From an uncultured Christensenellaceae bacterium (GTDB lineage: Bacteria; Bacillota; Clostridia; Christensenellales; Pumilibacteraceae): a stretch of DNA of 64,000 nucleotides. The stretch covers positions 2,046 to 66,045 of the forward strand of contig CAJUPB010000012.1 of the NCBI GenBank assembly GCA_910588155.1, written 5' to 3'. Made by a program: the position numbers and the translations under genes. Positions 26,890 through 36,076 of this stretch are shown here, in pieces. Numbering within the stretch: position 1 is the first letter of the stretch; every line of letters starts with the position of its first letter. Under the pieces are notes generated by a model. That model ran no database searches and was not told where the DNA came from. It saw only the letters and a program-made list of their open reading frames with translations.

Positions 26890-28473
26890 ATGAAGACCTA
26901 TGGGATTGAGAAACTGAATATCTTTAATCCGCTGAACGTCTACCGCAATTTGGAGCCTGCCGTGCTTACCGAGCTGGCTTTAAAGACAGAGGACTGCCGT
27001 CTTACGGATACGGGCGCATTGCTCGTGGAAACGGGCAAGTATACGGGCAGAAGTCCCAAAGACCGTTTTATCGTGGACGAAGCTCCCATAAACAACGAGA
27101 TAAATTGGGGCACGGAAAACAAGAAAATTTCCGTGGCTCAATTCGAATCCGTTCTCGGCAAAATAGAGAGCTATCTCAACAACCGCAATATATTCATATT
27201 CGACGGTTATGCCGGTGCGGACCCGAAGTTCCGTTTGAACGTGCGCGTAATAAACGAATACGCATCGCAAAACCTGTTTATGCACAATATGCTTTTGCGT
27301 CCCACGGAAGAGGAACTCAAAACTTACAAGCCCGAGTTCACGCTTATATGCGCACCCGGACTCAAACTCAATCCGAAAACGGAAGGTATCAATTCCGAAG
27401 CCGCGATAATAGTCAGCTTCAAGAGAAAGTTGCTTATAATCGCGGGCAGCAAATACTGCGGCGAAATGAAGAAAGGCGTTTTCAGCGTTATGAACTACCT
27501 CTTGCCGCATAAGGGAGTTTTGGGTATGCATTGCTCTGCCAATATGGCTACCGACGGCAGCGGCGACACCGCTCTTTTCTTCGGACTTTCGGGAACGGGC
27601 AAAACCACTCTTTCCGCAGACCCCAACAGAGGACTCATCGGCGACGACGAACACGGCTGGTCGGAAGAGGGAATCTTCAATATCGAAGGCGGTTGCTATG
27701 CAAAGTGTATCGACCTTTCCGCAGAAAAAGAGCCCGATATTTATCGCGCAATCAAACACGGCGCAGTCGTGGAAAACGTGGTTATCGACGATGTTACGAG
27801 AAAACCCGATTACACCGACAACAGCCTTACGGAGAACACGCGCGTTTCTTATCCCGTTCACTATATAGACAATGCGGTAATTCCCGGCGTGGGCGGTCAT
27901 CCCAAGACTATAATCTTTTTGACGGCGGACGCATTCGGCGTGCTTCCTCCCGTCAGCAAGCTCACGAAGGAACAGGCTATGTATTATTTCGTTTCCGGCT
28001 ATACGTCGAAAGTCGCGGGTACGGAGCGCGGCATCACGGACCCCGTCTGCACTTTCTCCACTTGCTTCGGTTCGCCGTTCCTGCCGCTTAAATCTTCGGT
28101 ATATGCCGAGCTTTTGGGCGAAAAAATCGAAAAGCACGGCGCTGACGTCTATCTTATAAATACAGGTTGGACGGGCGGCGCTTACGGTGTGGGCAAGCGT
28201 ATGAGTCTTCCCGCTACCCGCGCGATTGTTACCGCGGCTTTGAACGGTTCGCTTGCGAAAGTCGATTACGAAACCGAACCTTATTTCGGACTCAATGTTC
28301 CGAAGTCTTGCGAAAACGTGGACGCAAATATTCTCAATCCGAGAAACGTATGGAGCGACAAAGCCGAATACGACCGTCTTGCAAAGAAACTTGCGCACGA
28401 CTTCGTGGAAAACTTCAAGAAGTACGAAGGTATGCCTGCCGAAATAGTAAACGCAGGTCCGAAGAGCGAGTAA
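26890..28473 (+). CDS. pckA: Phosphoenolpyruvate carboxykinase (ATP)
   Basis: GKYTGRSPKDRF, FFGLSGTGKTTLS, LIGDDEHGW, NTGWTGG. Confidence 0.96.
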   Translation: MKTYGIEKLNIFNPLNVYRNLEPAVLTELALKTEDCRLTDTGALLVETGKYTGRSPKDRFIVDEAPINNEINWGTENKKISVAQFESVLGKIESYLNNRNIFIFDGYAGADPKFRLNVRVINEYASQNLFMHNMLLRPTEEELKTYKPEFTLICAPGLKLNPKTEGINSEAAIIVSFKRKLLIIAGSKYCGEMKKGVFSVMNYLLPHKGVLGMHCSANMATDGSGDTALFFGLSGTGKTTLSADPNRGLIGDDEHGWSEEGIFNIEGGCYAKCIDLSAEKEPDIYRAIKHGAVVENVVIDDVTRKPDYTDNSLTENTRVSYPVHYIDNAVIPGVGGHPKTIIFLTADAFGVLPPVSKLTKEQAMYYFVSGYTSKVAGTERGITDPVCTFSTCFGSPFLPLKSSVYAELLGEKIEKHGADVYLINTGWTGGAYGVGKRMSLPATRAIVTAALNGSLAKVDYETEPYFGLNVPKSCENVDANILNPRNVWSDKAEYDRLAKKLAHDFVENFKKYEGMPAEIVNAGPKSE

Positions 28474-28509
28474 TTGTTTCTTCAAGCATAAAGTAAAATA
28501 CAATAAAAC

Positions 28510-28537
28510 AAACGCTTCGAAACGTCGGAGCGTTTTT
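28510..28537 (+). terminator. Rho-independent terminator after pckA
   Basis: The stem is AAACGCTTCG/CGGAGCGTTT (1 mismatch), followed by T5. Confidence 0.65.
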
Positions 28538-28648
28538 CATTTCTTTTTTGACAAGAATTTCCCGTCTAAATCGTTGCCTTTTGGGCGTTAAAGTGGTATA
28601 CTGAATAGCACTGTTTTGCATAAAAGCAAAACGGGTAGGAGGCAAGCA

Positions 28649-29128
28649 ATGGAGATTACCGACGCGAGAACAGACCTCGCAGAAAGTTATTGCGCCGCCG
28701 TCGACGAAGTGGCGCGCGAGGGCAAATGGCTTGCCGTGAATAAAGGTTTTTCTCTTGCCGAAAGTATCTCTTTTATGCGCTATTGTGTTCGAAGCAATGC
28801 CGTACAGCTCTTTTTGACTGACAACGATATAGTTGCGGGTTGGTGCGACATCGTGCCGTACGGTCTGCGCGGCGGCAGTCTGGGAATCGGCTTGCGGAAG
28901 AATTACAGAAACCGAGGCTACGGCGGCAGATTGATTGACGCGGCTCTTCGAAAAGCCGAGGGAAGGTTCAAAAAGGTCGTGCTTTTTGTCAGAGAAAACA
29001 ATATGAGCGCGGCTGCTTTGTACGAAAAACGCGGATTTAAAGTCAAAAAGATTTTTCGCGAATATGCCTATAAAGGCGTGCCGGAGCGTGTGCTGATGAT
29101 GGTTAAAAAAATGAAAAAGAAGGATTGA
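28649..29128 (+). CDS. GNAT-family N-acetyltransferase
   Basis: AGGAGG lies before the ATG at 28649. The acetyl-CoA binding motif is RNRGYGGRLIDAAL, followed by a C-terminal LYEKRGFK. Confidence 0.8.
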   Translation: MEITDARTDLAESYCAAVDEVAREGKWLAVNKGFSLAESISFMRYCVRSNAVQLFLTDNDIVAGWCDIVPYGLRGGSLGIGLRKNYRNRGYGGRLIDAALRKAEGRFKKVVLFVRENNMSAAALYEKRGFKVKKIFREYAYKGVPERVLMMVKKMKKKD

Positions 29129-29129
29129 A

Positions 29130-29618
29130 ATGGTATACGTCATAGTTGCCGTTATCGCCGTCGTGCTGTTGATTCCGTTGGCATACGAATTGCCTAATTA
29201 TGTTTACGGCAGAAAATATGCCGTGCTGGACTTTCTGCGTTGGCGCACGTCGATATACATAACATTGTTTTTGCTGCTATTGACCGTGCTGATAGCAGAC
29301 GGATTTTTTATGATACGGGTGACGTCAAAGATAACTCTGTTTTCTGCGAGAATCTGGTTGGGAATAGTTGCGGGATTTGTCGGCTTGCTGTATTTTCCGC
29401 GTCTGATACCCATATATTACGACGAGGGTTTCGACGTGCGCTCGGCGTCGAGTGCGCTCGGCGTTTTTGTCAGAGAGCTTATAGCCATATGGATTTTCAC
29501 CGCCGCGCTGACGGCAGTATCGGTTTTTTGGTGGAGTTTTGTGCTGGACGGCATTTTTGGCGCGGGACTCACGGCTATGCGTTTGCGGCGGTTTGTCAAG
29601 CATCGCAAGGGCAAATGA
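29130..29618 (+). CDS. Hypothetical membrane protein (4 predicted TM helices)
   Basis: Four hydrophobic segments. The start lies 1 nt after the GNAT stop, suggesting coupling. I recognise no motif. Confidence 0.55.
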   Translation: MVYVIVAVIAVVLLIPLAYELPNYVYGRKYAVLDFLRWRTSIYITLFLLLLTVLIADGFFMIRVTSKITLFSARIWLGIVAGFVGLLYFPRLIPIYYDEGFDVRSASSALGVFVRELIAIWIFTAALTAVSVFWWSFVLDGIFGAGLTAMRLRRFVKHRKGK

Positions 29619-29753
29619 AAAAACATCTCGCATAATAAAAAAAATTTGTAAAAGTATAGCCGAAACAGTTTACAAAACGAATCAAAACGCATATAATAGT
29701 GGCGATTTGATACCGCAGTAAAATGCGGCGAAAAAACCAACGGTGGAGAAACT

Positions 29754-30236
29754 ATGAAAAAAGACGATAAGAAACCCGTTTATATTCTTTGCCCGCGTTG
29801 CGAGCTTAACTATATAAACAAGAAAGACAAATATTGCAACGTATGCAAAGCCGAACTCGGACTTGTGGCGAGAGATATTTTGATACCCGACGACGAGGAA
29901 GCGGGAGTGGAAAGATTGTGTCCGATTTGTCACGTGAACTATCTTGACGAGGACGAAGAAATTTGCTTTATGTGTGCAAAAGAACGGGAAGAAAAGGCGG
30001 CGGAGACCGAGCAGGAAGAAGGTTTCGAGGACGACGAAATGCCCGAGGATACGGACACTGACGAATCTTTGGACATCATACCTCTTTCCGAGCTTGAAGA
30101 CGAAGAGAACGAGGAAGACGACGAGGAATACGAGGGAGAAAAAGAACCCGACGATTTCGACTATGACGTGGACCCCAACGATTTCGAAGAAGACGACGAA
30201 GAAGAGGACGATGAGGAAGACGACGAAGATTTTTGA
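29754..30236 (+). CDS. Hypothetical protein: two CxxC...CxxC zinc-ribbon-like units plus a roughly 75-aa poly-acidic tail
   Basis: CPRCELNY..CNVCK and CPICHVNY..CFMCAKE. The rest is about two-thirds D/E by eye (EEDDEEEDDEEDDEDF at the C-terminus). GGAG precedes the ATG. Confidence 0.6.
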   Translation: MKKDDKKPVYILCPRCELNYINKKDKYCNVCKAELGLVARDILIPDDEEAGVERLCPICHVNYLDEDEEICFMCAKEREEKAAETEQEEGFEDDEMPEDTDTDESLDIIPLSELEDEENEEDDEEYEGEKEPDDFDYDVDPNDFEEDDEEEDDEEDDEDF

Positions 30237-30294
30237 TTGCAATGGCGTTCGATAAAGTATCGGACGCTTTTTACATTTTTAAAGGAGAAAAGAA

Positions 30295-31746
30295 ATGTCG
30301 GAGTTTTTGGACAACGAAGAGTGGTCGACGATAAGCGACGTGGAAAGAGAATATTTTTTTAACGACAAATTGGTTGAAGGAAATTTTATTGTCTGCGACA
30401 ATGAAGATTTTACGCTTTTGATAGATAAGAATCAAGACGTTATAGTGAATTTATTTATAGGCAGCCAACAAGAAGTAACCGTCCCGGACGACGCTGCCGT
30501 CATTGTAGACGATTTATTCGAAGACTGCGAGAATTTGGAAACGCTGAATTTGCCGAAGTCGATTAAAGCCGTAGGCAAAAATGCGTTTGCCGCGCCGAAT
30601 CTTAAAAGAATTAACTATGCCGGCACTTTGGAGCAATGGTGCGATATCGAGTTTTATTCCGCGCCGTTTGCAAGCGGATGCGCGCTTTATATAGACGGCA
30701 AGCGTCTGGAAAAAATCGAAATAGAAAACAAGAAAGAGATTTCGGCATACGCTTTTGCGGGGCTGAAAGAGCTTTCCTCTATAAATATAGGAAAAAGAGT
30801 AAAAAAAATTTGCGAAAGCGCATTCGAGCATTGTGCGGGCGTCGGAAAAATAGTTCTTTCCGAGGATGCTGAAATTCTGGAAGACGGCGCGTTCGAGGGC
30901 AGCAATCCGAAAGACGGTTTCGAAATCGATGCGAATAATCCGAAATATAAGACAATCGGAAACTGTATCGTCGATAAAACCGAAAACAGTATAATTGCGG
31001 GCTGCGACAAGAGCGTCGTCGAAAACGGCATAGAGAAAATAGGCGATTACGCTTTCACCGATTGCACTTTCGAAGAAATCGAACTGCCGCCGTCGGTCAA
31101 GGAAATAGGCGACGGAGCTTTTTCGGGAACGCATTTGAAAAAGATAGTTTTGTCCGAAGGCGTGAAAAAGCTTGGCAACAATGTTTTCGAGTACTGCGCC
31201 GAACTAACAAGCGCCATTATTCCCGCTACGGTAAAGAGCATAGGAAAAGCGGTTTTCTGCGGCTGTCAATCACTGACGTCGATAAGAGCGGAGCGAGGCA
31301 ATAAAGTTTATTCGGCGGAAGGAAATTGCGTTTTGGAGACGGCGAGCGGCAAATGCATAGCCGGCTGTAAGGATAGCGAAATCCCGGACTATGCCACGGA
31401 AATAGGCGCGATGGCGTTTTACGACTGTAAAGAATTGCGCTCCCTGCGTTTACCGAGGGGTTTGAGAAAAATAGGCGTCTGTGCGTTTACTCATATAGGC
31501 GCGGAAGAATTGGTTTTCCCCGCAACTCTTTCCGAAATAGAGCTGTCGGCGTTTGAGGGGTGCAAGAGTCTCAAAAGAATAACGTTCGAGGGAGAGACGG
31601 CGCTCGATTCCGGAGACGTGTTTTACGGCTGTGCCGTGCTCGAATCGGTAACCGCACCGAAACAGTACAAAAAACATTATAAGAAAATATTCGGCGGTTT
31701 TAAAAACGGCGAGGGCAAAAAGCTTAAATTGGAATTCGTGAAGTAA
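30295..31746 (+). CDS. BspA-type leucine-rich repeat protein, no signal peptide seen
   Basis: LRR_5-like repeats run throughout (LETLNLPKSIKAVGKNAF, IEKIGDYAFTDCTFEEIELP, VKEIGDGAFSGTHLKKIVL). The N-terminus is hydrophilic. Confidence 0.75.
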   Translation: MSEFLDNEEWSTISDVEREYFFNDKLVEGNFIVCDNEDFTLLIDKNQDVIVNLFIGSQQEVTVPDDAAVIVDDLFEDCENLETLNLPKSIKAVGKNAFAAPNLKRINYAGTLEQWCDIEFYSAPFASGCALYIDGKRLEKIEIENKKEISAYAFAGLKELSSINIGKRVKKICESAFEHCAGVGKIVLSEDAEILEDGAFEGSNPKDGFEIDANNPKYKTIGNCIVDKTENSIIAGCDKSVVENGIEKIGDYAFTDCTFEEIELPPSVKEIGDGAFSGTHLKKIVLSEGVKKLGNNVFEYCAELTSAIIPATVKSIGKAVFCGCQSLTSIRAERGNKVYSAEGNCVLETASGKCIAGCKDSEIPDYATEIGAMAFYDCKELRSLRLPRGLRKIGVCAFTHIGAEELVFPATLSEIELSAFEGCKSLKRITFEGETALDSGDVFYGCAVLESVTAPKQYKKHYKKIFGGFKNGEGKKLKLEFVK

Positions 31747-31835
31747 ACGAATTATTTGCGGCGCGACGGGGAACAATAAGAGGACAAAGCTTTTTTAAAA
31801 ATCGACGTTACATATTTAAAGGAGCGTGAATCGGT

Positions 31836-32075
31836 TTGAGAAAGAGAGCGGTATCCGTCGAAGAAGTCAAGAAGAATATAGAGGGTTTGAAAGGAAAAAG
31901 CCTCAAAATAAGCGTGAACAAGGGAAGAAAGAGAGTGCTCAAATACGACGGCGAGATAGCGCAATTATATCCCGCCGTATTTACTTTGAGAATAACCTCG
32001 GACAAAAACGTGGATTTGCTGTCGTTTTCATATTCCGACGTGATTTGCGGCGATATAAAACTGACAAGGGTATAA
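31836..32075 (+). CDS. veg: Veg protein (DUF1021)
   Basis: The 79-aa product resembles B. subtilis Veg (IKKNIEGLKGK, YPAVFTL, SFSYSDV). TTG start with AAAGGAG upstream. The gene lies upstream of ispE as in Bacillus. Confidence 0.8.
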   Translation: MRKRAVSVEEVKKNIEGLKGKSLKISVNKGRKRVLKYDGEIAQLYPAVFTLRITSDKNVDLLSFSYSDVICGDIKLTRV

Positions 32076-32184
32076 GAAAAAACTTTTTTAAACAGTCATA
32101 AAATCGGTATATCTCTTATAGAATATATTGTTATCCGCACGGATAGCGAGGGACAAATTATTTTTATAGGAGGCAATACTGTAT

Positions 32185-33711
32185 ATGGCTTTTGAACCGG
32201 TATACGACACGGCGGTTTTCGATACTTACCGCCGACTTGGGACGGGTCAGGCTGTGGTGGAAGCGCGGCTTCTTCCCAGACCCGAAACGCGCATAGCAAA
32301 GGTGCTGTCCACGTCGTCTCAAATAAGCATCGGAGCGGCGGAGGCGTTCACCGGCGAAGCGCGCTATTCCGGAAGAGTGAACTTCAAAGTTCTGTTCGAA
32401 ACGACGGAGGGCGGCGTGGAAATGTTGGACTACAACGCCGATTTTTCCGACAAAATCGAGGCGAATGGCGTGGGTGCGGCGACAAAGACCTGCTTTTCCG
32501 CATCGATACTCGATATGGACATTATTGCGGCGGAGGAAGACGTCGTCAAACTTGCCGCCGTCGTGGAAGTAACGCTTTACGGTTGCGACCGCGAGAACAT
32601 CAAATATCTTGCACGCGGCGGAGAGAGCGTCTATACCCGCGAGGACAGAGTGAAGTGCTGTAATCTCGTTGCGGAAGCAAACGATACTTTTATCGTTTCC
32701 GATACGGTAACGGACTTAAACGGCTGCGAAATCATTGCTACGGAGGCGGAGGCATTCGTGAGCAGGATAGACAGCTTCGACGAATCCGTCGCCATTACGG
32801 GCGAAACCGTCGCCACGCTTGTGCTGCGCTCCCAAAGCGGCGCGCTTTCGAGCAAGCGAATTTATATTCCGATTGATTGGCAATGCCGCGCGGACGGCGC
32901 GCGAGCGGGTGACATAACCACGGGCGGTATTTGCGTGAAAAACGTTTCCGTGTCTATGTCCGGCGGCGGAGAAGAAACCGTCGCGGAATTGGAACTTACG
33001 CTTAAAGCCGATGTGCTTGTGTTCAGAACGGACGAAATAACGCCGTCGATTGACGCGTTCTGTCTGGAAAACGAACTGCTTTCCACCGTGCAAAGCGTGG
33101 AAATAAGTATGCCGAAAGGCGACGTTACGATAACCGATACCGTCGAGGGAAATGTGGCAATCGACGAAAAATTGCCGCTTGCCGACGCAATTTCGGGCGT
33201 GTTCGGCTCTCGCGTCAGCATTTCCAACGTGCTTTCTGGAGACGGGAGAGTTACCGTCGAGGGAATGCTCGGCTGTAATATCGTGTACGTGAATACCGAA
33301 CGCGGTTCGAACACCGTCTTTGCGCAGGTGCCGTTCTCGCTGGCATTGAATGCGGACGGCGTGGAAGAAGGCGATTTCGTTACGGCAGTCGCGGGCGTAA
33401 AAGACGTAAACGTCAAAATCAGACGCGGCAACGAATTGAGTTTGCGAGGCGATATTTGCATAAGGCTTACTCCCGTAAAATCCTGCGTTTCGGCGATTAT
33501 ATCCGAAATCAAGGTCGGAGAGGCCAAACAGCCGAGAGAGGCGGCGATTTCCGTGCATATCGCAAGAAAGGGCGAGACCGTTTGGGATGCGGCAAAAGCG
33601 CTCGGACTCACGCCCGAAGAGGTGACGAGACAAAATCCCGACGTCGCAATGCCCTGCGCGGGCGGCGAGAGACTGGTCGCGTACCGTCAAATGGAAAAAA
33701 AGGCGAAATAA
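32185..33711 (+). CDS. SPOCS (DUF3794) repeat protein with C-terminal LysM domain (sporulation-associated)
   Basis: Repeated beta-rich modules typical of DUF3794 (ARYSGRVNFKVLFETTEGG..DYNADFSDKIE). The C-terminal LysM-like block is HIARKGETVWDAAKALGLTPEEVTRQNP. Confidence 0.65.
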   Translation: MAFEPVYDTAVFDTYRRLGTGQAVVEARLLPRPETRIAKVLSTSSQISIGAAEAFTGEARYSGRVNFKVLFETTEGGVEMLDYNADFSDKIEANGVGAATKTCFSASILDMDIIAAEEDVVKLAAVVEVTLYGCDRENIKYLARGGESVYTREDRVKCCNLVAEANDTFIVSDTVTDLNGCEIIATEAEAFVSRIDSFDESVAITGETVATLVLRSQSGALSSKRIYIPIDWQCRADGARAGDITTGGICVKNVSVSMSGGGEETVAELELTLKADVLVFRTDEITPSIDAFCLENELLSTVQSVEISMPKGDVTITDTVEGNVAIDEKLPLADAISGVFGSRVSISNVLSGDGRVTVEGMLGCNIVYVNTERGSNTVFAQVPFSLALNADGVEEGDFVTAVAGVKDVNVKIRRGNELSLRGDICIRLTPVKSCVSAIISEIKVGEAKQPREAAISVHIARKGETVWDAAKALGLTPEEVTRQNPDVAMPCAGGERLVAYRQMEKKAK

Positions 33712-33781
33712 GCCGCAGAACGATTGCAAACAACTCTCTTGTCCGCTTTACTTAAAAGGTCAATCGTGGTACAATGAGAGT

Positions 33782-34672
33782 ATGAAAAAAAGAAAACTGC
33801 GTGCGCTATCCTACGCGAAAATAAATTTGTCCCTTAACGTGAGCGGCAAAAACGGAGAAGGTATGCACCTTCTGGATTCGGTTACAGCATCGGTGTCTAT
33901 CGCCGATGCCGTTACCGTTTGCGAGCGTTTCGATTCGCAAATAAACGTCACGTACGACGGCAGACCGTCTGTATACGAAAACGACAGCGTCACAAAAGCC
34001 GTCGTTTTTTTGCAAAAACGTTTCGGAAATTTCGGTCTTGACGTCGCCGTGGAAAAACACTTGCCGGAGGGCGCAGGCATAGGCGGGTCGAGCGCGGACG
34101 CCGCGGCAGCTATTGTGCTGGCAGACCGACTGTTTGATTTTGTCGGCCGCGGACTCGACGTCAAAGAAGCGGCTGGCGAAGTCGGCAGCGACGTTCCCCT
34201 TATGTGCAACGGAGGGTTTTGCCGTCTGACGGGAATCGGCGAAAACATCGAGCGCATAAACGGCGCGGAAAAGATGTTTAATATTGTGCTGTATTGCGGC
34301 GAAAGAGGGGTGAGTACCGCCGAGTGTTTCAAACTTTTCGACGAGAAATGCCCGTCTTTTGCGTTTTCTCCGTCGGACAACGAAAGTATTGCAAGTGCTT
34401 TGAAAAGCGGACAGGCAAGGGAAACGGCTTTGCTTTGCGGCAACGCTTTGACGGAGTTTGCCGCCGAAATAGACGATAGCATTTATACGAGAATGGAAGC
34501 GCTGAAAGAAGCGGGCGCGCTGAATTCGTTTATGACGGGGAGCGGCTCGGCTTGCGCGGGGATTTTCGAAAACAAAGCCGCGGCGGAGTGTGCCGCCGAA
34601 AAGCTGAATAAGAAAAATTGCGGCAAAGCATTTGCGCTTGTCACCGTGCCGAACGGAATAAAAATAATTTAA
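33782..34672 (+). CDS. ispE: 4-diphosphocytidyl-2-C-methyl-D-erythritol kinase
   Basis: AKINLSLNV and the GHMP kinase motif PEGAGIGGSSADAAA. Confidence 0.9.
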   Translation: MKKRKLRALSYAKINLSLNVSGKNGEGMHLLDSVTASVSIADAVTVCERFDSQINVTYDGRPSVYENDSVTKAVVFLQKRFGNFGLDVAVEKHLPEGAGIGGSSADAAAAIVLADRLFDFVGRGLDVKEAAGEVGSDVPLMCNGGFCRLTGIGENIERINGAEKMFNIVLYCGERGVSTAECFKLFDEKCPSFAFSPSDNESIASALKSGQARETALLCGNALTEFAAEIDDSIYTRMEALKEAGALNSFMTGSGSACAGIFENKAAAECAAEKLNKKNCGKAFALVTVPNGIKII

Positions 34673-34757
34673 TGCGAAAAAATATGTTTCAAACGGTATA
34701 AATTTTTTTTGAAGCGTCTATAATCGAAGTATATTCGGTTTCGGAGGCAATACCGCA

Positions 34758-35339
34758 ATGAAAAGCAAAGTCAACGCAAGAAAGTATGCGACGGTAAAAA
34801 TTATTTTTGTTTTGTCGCTTGCGATATTTTTATCGTTTTCGTCGATATTTATGTTCGGGTGCGAACATACTAATACCGACGAAGGGTATAAACTCATCCG
34901 CATACACGTCCGCGCAAACAGCAATTCGGAGAGCGACCAAGCCGTCAAACTGAAAGTCCGAGACGCTTTGAACGACTTGATAGTCGAAAAGATAGACGAG
35001 GGCGACAGTTTCGACACGGCATATCGCAAACTCGACGATATGCGCGACGACTTGCGGCGTGCGGGCGACTCCGTTTTGAAAAAAAACGGTTTTACTTATA
35101 AGTGCCGCGTGCGCCTGAACAACGAATATTTCCCGACAAGAACCTATGAAGGGGTTGTCGTGGAAAGCGGTTACTACGACGCGCTGATTGTGGAGCTGGG
35201 CGAAGGCAAGGGCGACAATTGGTGGTGCGTGGTCTATCCGCCGCTGTGCTACGTTTCCGACGGCGGAGAGGGCGGAGTGCATTATAAGTCGCTTGTAATG
35301 GAGTTGTGGAAAAAGTTCGTGAGTACCTTTCGTAAATAA
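34758..35339 (+). CDS. spoIIR: Stage II sporulation protein R
   Basis: IRIHVRANSNSESDQAVKLKVRDAL and GDNWWCVVYPPLC. An N-terminal signal/TM is present. Confidence 0.88.
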   Translation: MKSKVNARKYATVKIIFVLSLAIFLSFSSIFMFGCEHTNTDEGYKLIRIHVRANSNSESDQAVKLKVRDALNDLIVEKIDEGDSFDTAYRKLDDMRDDLRRAGDSVLKKNGFTYKCRVRLNNEYFPTRTYEGVVVESGYYDALIVELGEGKGDNWWCVVYPPLCYVSDGGEGGVHYKSLVMELWKKFVSTFRK

Positions 35340-35356
35340 CGGGAGGTATTTTTATT

Positions 35357-36043
35357 TTGAAAAAGAGAGTAACGGCAATCGCTCTGTCGGTTTGTCTTTG
35401 CTTTTTCGCTCTTGCCGCGGCGGGCATCACGAGCGCGGAAGCGAAAAACATAATCAAGGGCGACACGAAACAGAACATAACCGCAGTGCAGACGCGGCTT
35501 AAAGAGCTGGGATATTATAAGATTAAAGTGGACGGAATTTGGGGAAGCAAGACGCTTGCCGCCGTCAAGAATTTCCAGCGCGACTACGGTTTGACCGTGG
35601 ACGGCATAGTGGGCAAGAACACCGAGAAAGCGTTGAAAATAACGTTGTCCGGCGGCTCTTCGTCGTCTACGTCGTCAGGCAATATAAGTTCGTCGAATTT
35701 GAATCTTTTGGCGAGGTGCGTGTATGCGGAGGCCAGGGGAGAGCCCTATACGGGTCAAGTCGCCGTTGCCGCCGTTGTGCTTAACCGCGTTCGCAGTTCG
35801 AAGTTCCCCAACAGTATATCGGGCGTCATATATCAGCCTTTGGCTTTCACCGCCGTTGCGGACGGGCAAATAAACCTGACCCCGAACGACACCGCATATA
35901 AGGCCGCGAAAGACGCTTTAAACGGCTGGGACCCCACAAACGGCTGTTTATACTACTACAACCCGGCAACCGCCACAAGCAAGTGGATATGGTCTTTGAA
36001 AGTTGAGTTGAAGATAGGCAAGCACCATTTTGCCAGAGGCTGA
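35357..36043 (+). CDS. sleB: Spore cortex-lytic enzyme SleB-type (PG_binding_1 plus Hydrolase_2)
   Basis: Signal peptide, a PG-binding repeat (LGYYKIKVDGIWGSKTLAAVKNFQRDYGL), and the hydrolase_2 motif ARCVYAEARGEPYTGQVAVAAVVLNRV. ypeB follows. Confidence 0.85.
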   Translation: MKKRVTAIALSVCLCFFALAAAGITSAEAKNIIKGDTKQNITAVQTRLKELGYYKIKVDGIWGSKTLAAVKNFQRDYGLTVDGIVGKNTEKALKITLSGGSSSSTSSGNISSSNLNLLARCVYAEARGEPYTGQVAVAAVVLNRVRSSKFPNSISGVIYQPLAFTAVADGQINLTPNDTAYKAAKDALNGWDPTNGCLYYYNPATATSKWIWSLKVELKIGKHHFARG

Positions 36044-36076
36044 AACTCGGTTAATTTGATTTTAAGGAGCAGGAAT

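Noticed and set aside
26980-28503. A 507-aa minus-strand ORF antisense to pckA. Similar long antisense ORFs occur at 19058-20890, 46782-48191, 49691-51088, 54628-55830, 5035-6132, 11410-12501 and 62355-63224.
   Set aside because: Each lies opposite a confidently identified gene. None has a recognisable motif, and several share codon register with the sense gene. I treat them as compositional artefacts.
29682-30242. A 186-aa minus-strand ORF (FFVVF-rich) opposite the acidic zinc-ribbon gene.
   Set aside because: It is the complement of GAA/GAC-rich acidic codons and so is a low-complexity artefact. The + frame has an SD, CxxC motifs and a clean start.
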